The position numbers were made by a program, and so were the translations under genes. Shown in pieces: positions 19,456 to 29,601 of a stretch of DNA of 64,000 nucleotides; position 1 is the stretch's first letter, and the number at the start of each line of letters is the position of its first letter. Source of the DNA: Gammaproteobacteria bacterium (GTDB taxonomy: Bacteria; Pseudomonadota; Gammaproteobacteria; JABABF01); the NCBI GenBank assembly GCA_965237805.1, contig OZ250153.1:1661585-1725584 (forward strand). The letters are read 5' to 3'. The notes under the pieces were generated by a model. That model saw nothing but the letters and a program-made list of their open reading frames with translations, was not told the DNA's origin and ran no database searches.

Positions 19456-20612
19456 TGGCGGAACTGGCTGCAGTGGTCGGTATTGGGCAGACCAAATACC
19501 AGACCCGACACATCGATGTGTCGATTCCAGGTCTGGTGCGCCAAGCGGCACAGCTGGCGCTCGACGATGCTGGGATGAGTTGGGATGACATCGACGCGGT
19601 GGTGCTCGGCAAGGCACCGGATATGTTTGAGGGCGTGATGATGCCCGAGCTGTCGATGGCCGATGCCCTCGGCGCGGTCGGCAAACCGATCTTGCGCGTG
19701 CATACCGCTGGCTCGGTCGGCGGTGCCACCGGCCTAGTCGCCGCCTCCCATGTGCACAGCGGTGTCTTCCGCCGCGTGTTGACGGTCTGCTACGAGAAGC
19801 AGTCGGAGTCCAACGCCATGTGGGCACTGTCCTCCAAGCGCCCGTTCATGGTGCATGTCAACGCCGGTGCCGGTGGCAACTTCGCCCCGCATATGCGCGA
19901 GTACATCCGGCGCCACAAAGTGCCGTCTCATATCGGCATGAAAGTGGCGGTCAAAGACCGCCTTCATGCTCTAAAAAATCCCTTGGCTCACTTGCAGTTA
20001 CCAGATATCAGTATGAAGATGGTAGAGGACTCCCCAATGCTCTGGGATCCGATCCGTTTCCTCGAGAGCTGCCCCTCTTCCGACGGTGCCTGCGCGATGG
20101 TGATCACCGACGCCAAGACAGCGGCGGCGTGCCCGCAGCCGCCGGTGTGGATCCGGGCGATGGCGCGGCGTACCGAGCCGACGATGTACGCTTGGCGCGA
20201 GATGGTCAACCCATGGGCGGGGCGCGATTGCGCCCACGAGCTCTACCGCCAAGTGGGCATCCGCAACCCGCGCAAGGAGTTGGACTTGGCCGAGCTCTAT
20301 GTGCCCTTCAGTTGGTACGAGCCGATGTGGCTGGAGAATTTGGGTTTTGCCGAAGAGGGTCAAGGTTGGCGCCTGACCGACGAGGATGTGACCGCCATCG
20401 GCGGCGACATGCCGATCAACCCCTCGGGTGGTGTGCTGTCCTCCAATCCCATCGGTGCCTCCGGCATGATCCGTTTCGCCGAGGCGGCGCTCCAAGTGCG
20501 CGGCACCGCCGGTGGTCACCAAATCGATGGTGCACGCATGGCGATGGGGCATGCTTACGGCGGCAATTCGCAGTTCTTCGCCATGTGGATCGTCAGCTCG
20601 GAGCGCCCCTGA
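19455..20612 (+). CDS. thiolase-fold protein, Ltp3-like
   Basis: GKAPDMFEGVMMPEL, RVHTAGSVGG (no canonical thiolase Cys), YVPFSWYEPMWLENLG. Confidence 0.88.
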   Translation: MAELAAVVGIGQTKYQTRHIDVSIPGLVRQAAQLALDDAGMSWDDIDAVVLGKAPDMFEGVMMPELSMADALGAVGKPILRVHTAGSVGGATGLVAASHVHSGVFRRVLTVCYEKQSESNAMWALSSKRPFMVHVNAGAGGNFAPHMREYIRRHKVPSHIGMKVAVKDRLHALKNPLAHLQLPDISMKMVEDSPMLWDPIRFLESCPSSDGACAMVITDAKTAAACPQPPVWIRAMARRTEPTMYAWREMVNPWAGRDCAHELYRQVGIRNPRKELDLAELYVPFSWYEPMWLENLGFAEEGQGWRLTDEDVTAIGGDMPINPSGGVLSSNPIGASGMIRFAEAALQVRGTAGGHQIDGARMAMGHAYGGNSQFFAMWIVSSERP

Positions 20613-20670
20613 TGCGGTCACAGCGACAGTGGCGGCGGACTAGGTGGTCTAGTGCGAGCGGCGCGGCGAG

Positions 20671-22323
20671 ATGAGCGGGGCAACTTTGAATTTGGCAGAT
20701 CTCTTTGAGATCACCGCCGACACGGTCGGCGAGGAACGCGAGGCCATGATCTGCGACGAGCGTCGCTACAGTTACCGAGAGTACGACGAGCGGGCCACCC
20801 GCTTGGCCAACCACCTGCTGGCACAGGGTGTTGCGCCCGGCGACCATATCGGCCTCTATATGTACAGCCGCCCGGAATACATTGAGGCCACGGTGGCCTG
20901 CATGAAAATCCGTGCGGTGCCGATCAATATCAATTATCGCTATGTCGGTGAGGAGCTGCTCTATGTCTTCGACAATGCCGATTTGGTCGGCCTGATCCAC
21001 GCCCGCGAGTTCAGCCCACTGATCGACAGTGTGCGCCCCAAGCTGCCCAAGCTGCGGCAATTCATCGTGGTGGAGGATGACACAGATGCCGCCACCGATG
21101 CCATTGAATACGAGGCGGCTTTGGCCGCGGCCTCGCCGGAGCGCGACTTCGCACCGCGCTCTGGGGACGATCTGTTCATCCTCTACACCGGCGGCACTAC
21201 CGGCCTGCCCAAGGGGGTGATGTGGCCACACAAAGATCTGATCTACAGCAGCATGGGGGGCTTTGGCTACTACCACCCAGACGGTCCGATCAAGAGTGCG
21301 GACGAGCTGCCCGCGCGGGTGCGTGACGGCCTCTACCTGCGCGGCCTGCCGTTGGCACCGCTGATGCACGGTGCCTGTTGGTGGTACTCCTGCATCGCGC
21401 TGGGTTGTGGGCAGACACTGGTGCTGTACCCGGATCGCTCGCTGGTCGGCGAGCGCGCTTGGGATATCGCCGAGCGCGAGAAAGTCAACTCCATCAGCTT
21501 CGTCGGTGATGCGATGGGGATGCCCTTGCTCGATGCTCTGCGCGCCAATCCAGAGCGCTGGAAATTGGACAGCCTGTTTCAGATCGGCTCCGGCGGCGCG
21601 GTGTTTTCTGAAACCGTGCAAGCGGGCTTCAAGGAATTTTTCCCCGAGATCGTGATCAGCAACACCTTTGGCTCTTCGGAGACTGGCATGCAGGGGCAAG
21701 ATGACGGCTCCGGCGGTGGCGGTGGCTTAGGTCGCATCGCCCGTGGCGAGCAGGCCGATGTCATCACTGAGGATCACCGTTTCGTGCAGCCGGGCTCCGG
21801 CGAGCAGGGTTATCTGGCGCGCTCTGGGCATGTGCCGCTGGGCTATTACAACGACCCCGAGCGCACTGCCAAATCTGTGATCAATGTGGATGGCAAGCGC
21901 TGGATGCTGACCGGCGATTGGGCGACCATCGATGAATACGGTGGCATTGTTATCTTCGGTCGCGGCAGCAATTGCATCAACAGCGGCGGCGAGAAAATTT
22001 TTCCGGAGGAGGTCGAGCAGGCGCTCAAGCACCATCCCGATATTTTCGATGCGCTGGTGATCGGCACGGCGGATGAGCGCTTCACCGAGCGTGTCTGCGC
22101 GGTGGTGCGCCCGCGTGATGGTGGCGATGCTCCTTCGCTGTCTTCGCTGCAGGAAGTGTGCCGCCGCCATATCGCTGGCTACAAAGTGCCACGCGAGTTG
22201 CATCTCGTCGACGAGGTGCCGCGCACGGCGAGTGGCAAGCCGGATTACCCGGCGGTGCGCAAACTGGCAGCCGCCGGGGAGTTCTTCTGCGAAGCACAAG
22301 CGGCGGGGAGCAAGGCGAGCTAG
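20671..22323 (+). CDS. acyl-CoA ligase, FadD19-like
   Basis: NLADLFE, NINYRY, YTGGTTGLPKGVMW, INSGGEKIFPEEVE. Confidence 0.9.
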   Translation: MSGATLNLADLFEITADTVGEEREAMICDERRYSYREYDERATRLANHLLAQGVAPGDHIGLYMYSRPEYIEATVACMKIRAVPININYRYVGEELLYVFDNADLVGLIHAREFSPLIDSVRPKLPKLRQFIVVEDDTDAATDAIEYEAALAAASPERDFAPRSGDDLFILYTGGTTGLPKGVMWPHKDLIYSSMGGFGYYHPDGPIKSADELPARVRDGLYLRGLPLAPLMHGACWWYSCIALGCGQTLVLYPDRSLVGERAWDIAEREKVNSISFVGDAMGMPLLDALRANPERWKLDSLFQIGSGGAVFSETVQAGFKEFFPEIVISNTFGSSETGMQGQDDGSGGGGGLGRIARGEQADVITEDHRFVQPGSGEQGYLARSGHVPLGYYNDPERTAKSVINVDGKRWMLTGDWATIDEYGGIVIFGRGSNCINSGGEKIFPEEVEQALKHHPDIFDALVIGTADERFTERVCAVVRPRDGGDAPSLSSLQEVCRRHIAGYKVPRELHLVDEVPRTASGKPDYPAVRKLAAAGEFFCEAQAAGSKAS

Positions 22324-22383
22324 CGTTGCTCCTCGGACACCACGACAAATGATTTCACCATTCACTTCAAGGAGTGACACACC

Positions 22384-23211
22384 ATGACTAGAGCAGCACT
22401 GGATTGCAGCAGCGAGCATTGCATCATCGAGCGCGACGGGCCGATTTTGCTCGTCACGCTAAACCGCCCGGAGAAAAAGAATGCGCTGAGCCCGTCGATG
22501 TTGCTCGGCCTCTACGACGCTTGGCAGGCTCTGCGTGAGGACGACTCATTGATGTGTGCGGTGTTGACCGGCAATGGCAATAACTTCTGCTCTGGGATGG
22601 ATCTCAAGCAGGGCAGAACCCTCGAGGAGTCCGAGGCCGGTCGCGCGATTGTGGAGCGCATGAAGGCTGTTCCAGATCTGCACTGGCAAGCGCTGTTGCG
22701 CGACAAGCGGCCAGCCAAGCCGATTCTCTTGGCGGTGGAGAGTTATGCGGTGGCTGGTGGCAGCGAGATCCTGCAGGGCACAGACATTCGCGTGGCCTCA
22801 GACAATGCGGTGTTTGGCATCACCGAAGTGGTGCGCGGCCTCTACCCGATGGGTGGCTCGGCGGTGCGCTTGCGCCGTCAGATACCCTATTGCTTGGCAG
22901 CGGAGATGCTGTTGCTCGGTCGCAATATCAGCGCCGAGGAAGCGCTGCGCTTCGGCCTGATCAACAAGGTCGTGCCGGTCGGCATGGCCTTTGAGTGTGC
23001 GCTGGCGATGGCGCGCCAGCTGTGCCGCAACGGCCCATTGTCGATTATTGCCACGATGCGCACCTTGCGTGAGATTGAGGAGTGCGACAGCGAAGCGGTG
23101 GCGATGCCCAAGGTGGATGAGATCGGTTGGCCAGTGATCCAGAGCGAGGATGCCAAAGAGGGCATGAGCGCCTTTGTTGAGCGTCGCCTCGCCAATTTCA
23201 AAGGGCGCTAG
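22384..23211 (+). CDS. enoyl-CoA hydratase, EchA19-like
   Basis: Crotonase motifs FCSGMDL, AGGSEILQGTDIRVA, GLYPMGGSAVRL.RQIPY. Confidence 0.9.
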   Translation: MTRAALDCSSEHCIIERDGPILLVTLNRPEKKNALSPSMLLGLYDAWQALREDDSLMCAVLTGNGNNFCSGMDLKQGRTLEESEAGRAIVERMKAVPDLHWQALLRDKRPAKPILLAVESYAVAGGSEILQGTDIRVASDNAVFGITEVVRGLYPMGGSAVRLRRQIPYCLAAEMLLLGRNISAEEALRFGLINKVVPVGMAFECALAMARQLCRNGPLSIIATMRTLREIEECDSEAVAMPKVDEIGWPVIQSEDAKEGMSAFVERRLANFKGR

Positions 23212-23269
23212 TATCCGTGGCGATGCCACCCGTTGACCATCGCAGCTCGCGACTGGGGAGGATGCACTG

Positions 23270-24433
23270 ATGGGGCCGCTGGCGGGTCTGCGCATCGTCG
23301 AATTCGCCGGCTTGGGGCCGGCACCTTTTGCCTGCATGTTATTGGCCGACCTCGGTGCAGAAGTCATCCGCATCGACCGCCCTGGAAATTCGCTGCTGGG
23401 GCCTACTGGCACCCCCGGCGATGTCATGAACCGGGGGCGGCGTACCATCGCACTTAATTTGAAAGCGTCCGAGGGCATCGAGTTGGCCTTGCGCTTAGTC
23501 GACAGTGCCGATGCCTTGGTCGAGGGATTTCGCCCCGGCGTGATGGAGAAACTTGGCTTGGGTCCCGCTGTCTGCACCGCACGCAATCAGGCTTTGGTCT
23601 ATGCCCGCATGACCGGTTGGGGGCAGGACGGTCCACTGGCCCATGCAGCTGGTCACGATTTAAATTACATCGCTATTACCGGTGCGCTGGCAGCCATCGG
23701 GCGGCACGATTCCGGACCGGTGCCACCATTAAATTTGATCGGCGATTTCGGTGGTGGCTCGCTGTATTTGGTGTTCGGCATCTGTGCGGCGCTGTTGGAG
23801 CGCGGACGTTCCGGGCAGGGGCAGGTACTCGATGTGGCGATTAGCGATGGTGTCGCCTCTTTGATGGCACCGCTGTTTGCCTTCCACGGTAGCGGCCTGT
23901 GGAGCGGTCAGCGCCAAGACAATATGCTCGACGGCGGCGCACCTTTTTACGATAGCTACGAGTGCGCTGATGGCGAGTGGATTAGCATCGGCTCCATCGA
24001 GACCCAGTTCTATGCCGAGCTGGCTGAAAAGCTCGGCGAAGATTTGGGCGCGGCCGATTTGATGCAGCGTTTGGATCGCGCCGAGTGGCCGCAGCGCAAG
24101 GCCCAGCTGCGGGAGATTTTCCTGCGCCGCACACGCGAGCAGTGGTGCGAGCTACTCGAGGGAAGCGATGTCTGTTTTGCGCCAGTGCTGTCGATGGCCG
24201 AGGCTCCCGATCATCCTCACAACCGTGCGCGCGATACTTTTGTGGAGCGAGACGGCATCGTGCAGCCGACACCGACACCGAATTTTTCTCGCAGTGATTG
24301 TGAGCTACCCAGCCCGCCGCCGGTGCCGGGTCGAGACACTCGGGCGCTGTTGGCTGAACTCGGCTGCGTCGACGCTGAGATCGAGCAGCTGCTGGCGGGC
24401 GGTATCGCCTCCGAGCCGATAGCAGAAAAATAG
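23270..24433 (+). CDS. alpha-methylacyl-CoA racemase / CaiB-BaiF family
   Basis: EFAGLGP, EGFRPGVME, GHDLNY, NLIGDFGGG. Confidence 0.92.
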   Translation: MGPLAGLRIVEFAGLGPAPFACMLLADLGAEVIRIDRPGNSLLGPTGTPGDVMNRGRRTIALNLKASEGIELALRLVDSADALVEGFRPGVMEKLGLGPAVCTARNQALVYARMTGWGQDGPLAHAAGHDLNYIAITGALAAIGRHDSGPVPPLNLIGDFGGGSLYLVFGICAALLERGRSGQGQVLDVAISDGVASLMAPLFAFHGSGLWSGQRQDNMLDGGAPFYDSYECADGEWISIGSIETQFYAELAEKLGEDLGAADLMQRLDRAEWPQRKAQLREIFLRRTREQWCELLEGSDVCFAPVLSMAEAPDHPHNRARDTFVERDGIVQPTPTPNFSRSDCELPSPPPVPGRDTRALLAELGCVDAEIEQLLAGGIASEPIAEK

Positions 24434-24610
24434 CTTGAACGATGCCGTCGTGGCATCGCAACATCGGTTGACAGCGCTGGTGGAAATCCCTTGCCATATA
24501 TCGTTTATACTGCCCATTGATCGTTTGACATGTCTTTGATTTTTTGCATTGCGTCGGTGACACTGCGTTGTCCCGCCGCATTCATCAGGGCTTTGTCCGA
24601 CCGGTAGGGG

Positions 24611-25642
24611 ATGACAGTGAAATTAGGTGTGCAGCTCGGCTATTGGCAACGTCATCCCTATGCCCACACCGTGGAGTTGGTGCAAGAGGCCGAACGCCTC
24701 GGCTACGATTCTGTGTGGACTGGCGAGGCCTACGGTTCGGATGCGCTGTCGCCGCTGATCTGGGTCGGCGCTCACACCGAAAAGATTCGCTTGGGCACCT
24801 CGGTGGTGCAGCTGTCGGCGCGCACTCCAACCTGCGCGGCGATGACGGCGATGACCATCGATCACCTCAGCGGCGGGCGCTTCATCATGGGGATCGGCGT
24901 CTCCGGTCCGCAAATCGTCGAGGGTTGGTACGGCCAGTCTTTTCGGCGGCCGTTGGAGCGCACGCGGGAATGGGTTGACATTTTCCGGCAAGTCGTCGCC
25001 CGCGAAGAACCAGTGCAGCTGCAGGGAAATAGTTTTAGACTGCCCTACGATGGTGAGGGATCGATGGGGTTGGGCAAGCCGCTCAAAAGTATCACCCATC
25101 CGCTGCGCAAAAAAATTCCTGTGTTCATCGGTGCCGAGGGGCCGAAAAATGTCGCCCAGACGATTGCGATCGCCGATGGTTGGTTTCCACTTTATATGTC
25201 GCCTTATAACTGGAATATCTATGGCGATTTGCTGGAAAATCTGCCACCGGATTTCGAGGTGGTGATGCCTGCCATCTCGATCAATATCGGCGATGATATA
25301 CCGCAGGCTTTGATGATGACAAAACAGACCTTGGCGCTGTATATCGGTGGCATGGGTGCCCGCAATATGAACTTTCATAAAGAGCTGGTCACGCGCATGG
25401 GCTACGGCGATGCGGCACAAGAAATCCAAGACCTCTATCTGGACGGGCGCAAGGAAGAGGCGGTGGCAGCTGTGCCCGACCAGCTGGCCGATGAGATCTC
25501 TCTGAGCGGGCCGCGCGAGCGCATCGCTGAGCGCTTGGTCGATTGGGAAAAAACACCGTTGACCACACTGGCCATCGGGCGCACGGATGATTACGAGCGC
25601 GATGTCGAGAATCTGCGCTTTTTCGCGGAGCAAATGTTGTAG
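24611..25642 (+). CDS. LLM-class oxidoreductase, putatively F420-dependent (Rv3520c-like)
   Basis: EAYGSDA, GVSGPQIVEGWYG, GAEGPKNV, ALYIGGMGA..MNFH. Confidence 0.88.
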   Translation: MTVKLGVQLGYWQRHPYAHTVELVQEAERLGYDSVWTGEAYGSDALSPLIWVGAHTEKIRLGTSVVQLSARTPTCAAMTAMTIDHLSGGRFIMGIGVSGPQIVEGWYGQSFRRPLERTREWVDIFRQVVAREEPVQLQGNSFRLPYDGEGSMGLGKPLKSITHPLRKKIPVFIGAEGPKNVAQTIAIADGWFPLYMSPYNWNIYGDLLENLPPDFEVVMPAISINIGDDIPQALMMTKQTLALYIGGMGARNMNFHKELVTRMGYGDAAQEIQDLYLDGRKEEAVAAVPDQLADEISLSGPRERIAERLVDWEKTPLTTLAIGRTDDYERDVENLRFFAEQML

Positions 25643-25766
25643 CCGAGTCGTTTCGAACTGCTGTTGATATGTGTGCTATCCACGCTCCGCTCCCTGTGCG
25701 CAGATTGTTGCGAAGGGCTATAATTGCACAGTCGTTTTGGGTGCCTTGCTACCGTGGAGCGCCACA

Positions 25767-27620
25767 GTGAAAGCCACCGACATTGCTGATCCGGAATATT
25801 TCCACCGAGTGGTGGATTGCCAGTACGCCTGCCCGTCGCACACTCCCGTGCCGGAGTACATTCGTCTGATCGCTGCTGGTCGCCATGCCGATGCCTACAT
25901 GGTGAACTGGCAATCCAATGTTTTCCCCGGCATTCTCGGTCGCACCTGCGATCGGCCATGCGAGCCAGCGTGCCGTCGCGGGCGCTTGGGTGACGGTCAG
26001 GAAGCGGTGGCGATTTGCCGCCTCAAGCGCGTCGCTTCAGATAACAAAGGAGATATCAGCCATCGCCTGCCACGGACGCAGACGGCGGCGGAAAAAAATG
26101 GTCGCCGCATCGCGCTGATCGGTGCCGGTCCCACCTCGTTGACGGTGGCGCGCGATCTGATTCCGCTCGGTTACGAGATCCACATTTACGATGACCAAAA
26201 AGCGGGCGGCGGCATGATGCGTAGCCAGATTCCCGCCTTTAGATTGCCGCAGGAAGTGTTGATCGAGGAAGTGGACTATATTCTCGACATGGGGGTAGTG
26301 CAACACTTCAATCAGCGTGTTGACAGTATGAAAGCGATTCTCGATCGCCGCCCCGCCTATGATGCCGTGCTCATCGGTACCGGCGCACCGTGCGGACGCG
26401 ATCTGAAAATTCCGGGGCGCGAAGAGGCCGATGCCGACATCCACATCGGCATCAATTGGCTCGCCTCAGTGGCTTTCGGCCACACCGATACTATCGGTCG
26501 CCGTGTGATCGTGCTCGGCGGCGGCAATACGGCGATGGACTGTTGCCGCACCTCGATCCGCCTCGGCGGCACTGATGTCAAAGTGATTGTGCGCAGCCCC
26601 TTTGAGGAGATGAAAGCATCGCCGTGGGAAAAAGAGGATGCGATACGCGAAGGCATTCCGATTCTCAACAACCATGTGCCCAAGGAATTCCTGGTCGAGG
26701 ACGGCCACCTCAGCGGTGTGCGCTTCGAGAAGGTCGAGGCCCACTACGACGACAAGGGCAAGCGCAGCTTGATCCCGACCGGCGAGCCCTTGGTGGATGT
26801 TCCCTGCGACAAAGTGTTGATCGCTATCGGCCAAGACAACGCCTTCCCGTGGATCGAGCGTGACATCGGTATCGAATTTGGCGATTGGGATATACCGGTC
26901 ATCAACAAGACGACTTTCGGCACCACCCACGAGCGCATCTTTATCGGCGGCGATGCCGCACTGGGGCCGGAGAACATCATCACCGCCGTCGCCCATGGGC
27001 ATCAGGCCGCGATTTCCATTCACCACTTGTGCCAAGGCAAAAGTGTTGACGAGCGCTTGGCACCTGGGGTCACGCTGTTCAGCCAGCGCATGGGTATCCA
27101 CGAGTGGAGTTACGACAGCGCGGTCGAGAATGATCAGCGCTACATCGTGCCACACGAAGTGACCGAGCACGCGCTCAGCAACCCCAAACTCGAGGTCGAG
27201 CTGGGCTTTGATGCCAACGACGGCTACGCTGAGGCGCAGCGTTGCCTGAACTGCGATGCACAGACAGTGTTTGCGCCGTCGCTATGCATTGAATGCGATG
27301 CCTGCGTCGACATCTGCCCCACCGATTGCATCACCTTTACCACGATTGGCGATGACGAGGACGAGCAGCAGTTGCGCGCTTCGAGTCGATTGACCGCCCC
27401 GGCTAAAAACGATGATCAACCGCTGTATTTGGCCGATCAAATCGCCACTGACAGTGGCCGCTTTATGGTCAAAGACGAAAACATTTGTCTGCATTGCGGG
27501 CTGTGCGCCGAGCGCTGCCCGACGGCTGCTTGGGATATGCAACGCTTCCTCTACAGTGTCACTCAAGCGGGTGAGAGCACGATGGAAAGCGCTCAAGCAC
27601 TGGCGGCGGATGCCGCCTGA
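25767..27620 (+). CDS. GltD/SudA-like FAD/NADPH oxidoreductase with C-terminal 4Fe-4S dicluster
   Basis: DCQYACP, GAGP, GGGNTAMDC, CIECDACVDICP, CLHCGLCAERCP; start set at GTG. Confidence 0.9.
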   Translation: MKATDIADPEYFHRVVDCQYACPSHTPVPEYIRLIAAGRHADAYMVNWQSNVFPGILGRTCDRPCEPACRRGRLGDGQEAVAICRLKRVASDNKGDISHRLPRTQTAAEKNGRRIALIGAGPTSLTVARDLIPLGYEIHIYDDQKAGGGMMRSQIPAFRLPQEVLIEEVDYILDMGVVQHFNQRVDSMKAILDRRPAYDAVLIGTGAPCGRDLKIPGREEADADIHIGINWLASVAFGHTDTIGRRVIVLGGGNTAMDCCRTSIRLGGTDVKVIVRSPFEEMKASPWEKEDAIREGIPILNNHVPKEFLVEDGHLSGVRFEKVEAHYDDKGKRSLIPTGEPLVDVPCDKVLIAIGQDNAFPWIERDIGIEFGDWDIPVINKTTFGTTHERIFIGGDAALGPENIITAVAHGHQAAISIHHLCQGKSVDERLAPGVTLFSQRMGIHEWSYDSAVENDQRYIVPHEVTEHALSNPKLEVELGFDANDGYAEAQRCLNCDAQTVFAPSLCIECDACVDICPTDCITFTTIGDDEDEQQLRASSRLTAPAKNDDQPLYLADQIATDSGRFMVKDENICLHCGLCAERCPTAAWDMQRFLYSVTQAGESTMESAQALAADAA

Positions 27621-27648
27621 TCGCGTCGCGGAGCAAGGGAGTTTAGTG

Positions 27649-29601
27649 GTGACGCAAGCGGCAGCTGTGCCGATCGCTGCAGTCAACGACTTCGTTATCA
27701 AATTCGCGACGGTCAACGGTAGCGGATCGTCGCGCACAAACAGCTTATTCGCCTCGGCGTTATTTCGCATGGGGCTCAGCGTCGCGCCCAAGAATATATT
27801 CCCATCTAATATCCAAGGCCTGCCGACTTGGTTTGAGGTGCGCGTCAGCGATCGCGGTTTTATCGGACGGCGCGGCGGGGTGGATTTGGCGGTGGCGCTC
27901 AATCCGCAGAGCGCGGCCAAGGATTTGGCCGAGCTGTCGTCCGGCGGATATTTTCTCTACGATTCGACGCGGCCGCTGGATCCCGCATTGCATCGTGACG
28001 ACATCAATTATCTGCCGGTGCCGTTGACGCGTCTCTGCGCCAAAGAGTTCTTGCAGGCGCGCCAGCGGGAGCTGTTGCGCAATATGTGCTATGTCGGGGT
28101 GCTCGCCGAGCTGTTGGGCATCGAGACGACCGTGTTGCACCAATTGCTCGAGGAGCAGTTCGGACACAAGCCCAAACTGGTGGCATTGAACAAGCGCGCA
28201 CTGGAACTCAGCCGCGACTACGCCCGCGAGCATCAGCTGTCTATTGGTCTGCGTGTCGAGCGCCGCGAGCGAGATTTGCCCGATGCCATTTTGCTCAATG
28301 GCAACGCCGCCTTAGCGTTGGGAGCTATCTACGCCGGAGCGACGGTGGCGGCTTGGTATCCGATCACGCCATCCACTTCGGTGGTGGAGGCTTTTGAGCG
28401 CTATGCCAAACGTTTTCGCCACACAGAGGACGGTGCTGCCAACTATGCCGTGGTGCAAGCCGAGGACGAGTTGGCTGCCATCGGCATGGTCATTGGTGCT
28501 GGCTGGAACGGTGCTCGCGCTTTTACCGCCACCAGTGGCCCCGGCATTTCGCTGATGGCGGAATTTTTGGGCTTGGCCTATTTCGCCGAGCTGCCAGTGG
28601 TGCTCTACGATGTGCAGCGTGTTGGTCCTTCTACCGGGCTGCCGACCCGCACCCAGCAATCCGATGTGCTGGCAGCTGCCTACGCCTCCCACGGCGACAC
28701 CCGCCATGTGCTGCTATTCCCCGCCAGTGTCGCGGAGTGTTTTGAGTTGAGTGCGCAGGCCTTCGATTTGGCAGAGCAGCTGCAGACGCCGATTATCGTC
28801 ATGACCGATTTGGACACTGGCATGAACGATCATATTTCGCCACCGTTGCGCTGGACTGAGGGGCGGCGCTACGATCGCGGGCGGGTACTGGATGCCGAGG
28901 ACTTGGATCGGCGCACGCAGCGCTATGGACGCTACTTAGACGAGGAGGGTGATGGCATCTGCGCGCGCACCTTGCCCGGCACCCATGCCGATAAAGGTGC
29001 TTTTTTCACCCGCGGTACCGCGCGCGATCCCTATGCGATCTACAGCGAGGAGGGCGGGCACTACGAGGCCAATATGCAACGTCTGCTACGGAAATGGCGC
29101 ACGGCGGCTGGCTTGGTTCCAGAGCCAGTGCTCGAACACGGCGACGGTAGCGCCGAGTTGGGGGTGCTCTGTTACGGTAGTAGTGCGGATGCGATGCTGG
29201 AGGCGGCGCAACGCCTCGGCGCAGAGCGCGGCTTGGCGATGGATGTGTTGCGCGTGCGAGCCTTTCCGTTCAGCGATTCGGTGCGGGAGTTTTGCGCAGC
29301 TCACCGGCAGCTATTCATTGTCGAACAGAATCGTGATGCGCAGTTGCGCACCTTGCTGATACAGGAATGCGGCAGTGCTCTGATCGGCTTGCAGGCGTTG
29401 TGCCACTACGATGGCACGCCGATCACCGCCGATTTCATCGTCGCGGGCATCAGCGCTGGCATTGAGCAGTTGGCTGATGGTGCCGCGATTGAGCATATCG
29501 GTGCTGGATCGCAAGCCAAATCGAAACCCGCCACGCAACGTGCTGGCAAGGGGGGCAAAAAGAGCCGTGCGAGGCGAGTCCGCCCGGCGGCGGTATCATG
29601 A
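27649..29601 (+). CDS. korA: 2-oxoacid:acceptor oxidoreductase alpha subunit
   Basis: NGSGS, WYPITPST, QAEDELAA, ATSGPG, GLPTRTQQSD; start uncertain. Confidence 0.9.
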   Translation: MTQAAAVPIAAVNDFVIKFATVNGSGSSRTNSLFASALFRMGLSVAPKNIFPSNIQGLPTWFEVRVSDRGFIGRRGGVDLAVALNPQSAAKDLAELSSGGYFLYDSTRPLDPALHRDDINYLPVPLTRLCAKEFLQARQRELLRNMCYVGVLAELLGIETTVLHQLLEEQFGHKPKLVALNKRALELSRDYAREHQLSIGLRVERRERDLPDAILLNGNAALALGAIYAGATVAAWYPITPSTSVVEAFERYAKRFRHTEDGAANYAVVQAEDELAAIGMVIGAGWNGARAFTATSGPGISLMAEFLGLAYFAELPVVLYDVQRVGPSTGLPTRTQQSDVLAAAYASHGDTRHVLLFPASVAECFELSAQAFDLAEQLQTPIIVMTDLDTGMNDHISPPLRWTEGRRYDRGRVLDAEDLDRRTQRYGRYLDEEGDGICARTLPGTHADKGAFFTRGTARDPYAIYSEEGGHYEANMQRLLRKWRTAAGLVPEPVLEHGDGSAELGVLCYGSSADAMLEAAQRLGAERGLAMDVLRVRAFPFSDSVREFCAAHRQLFIVEQNRDAQLRTLLIQECGSALIGLQALCHYDGTPITADFIVAGISAGIEQLADGAAIEHIGAGSQAKSKPATQRAGKGGKKSRARRVRPAAVS

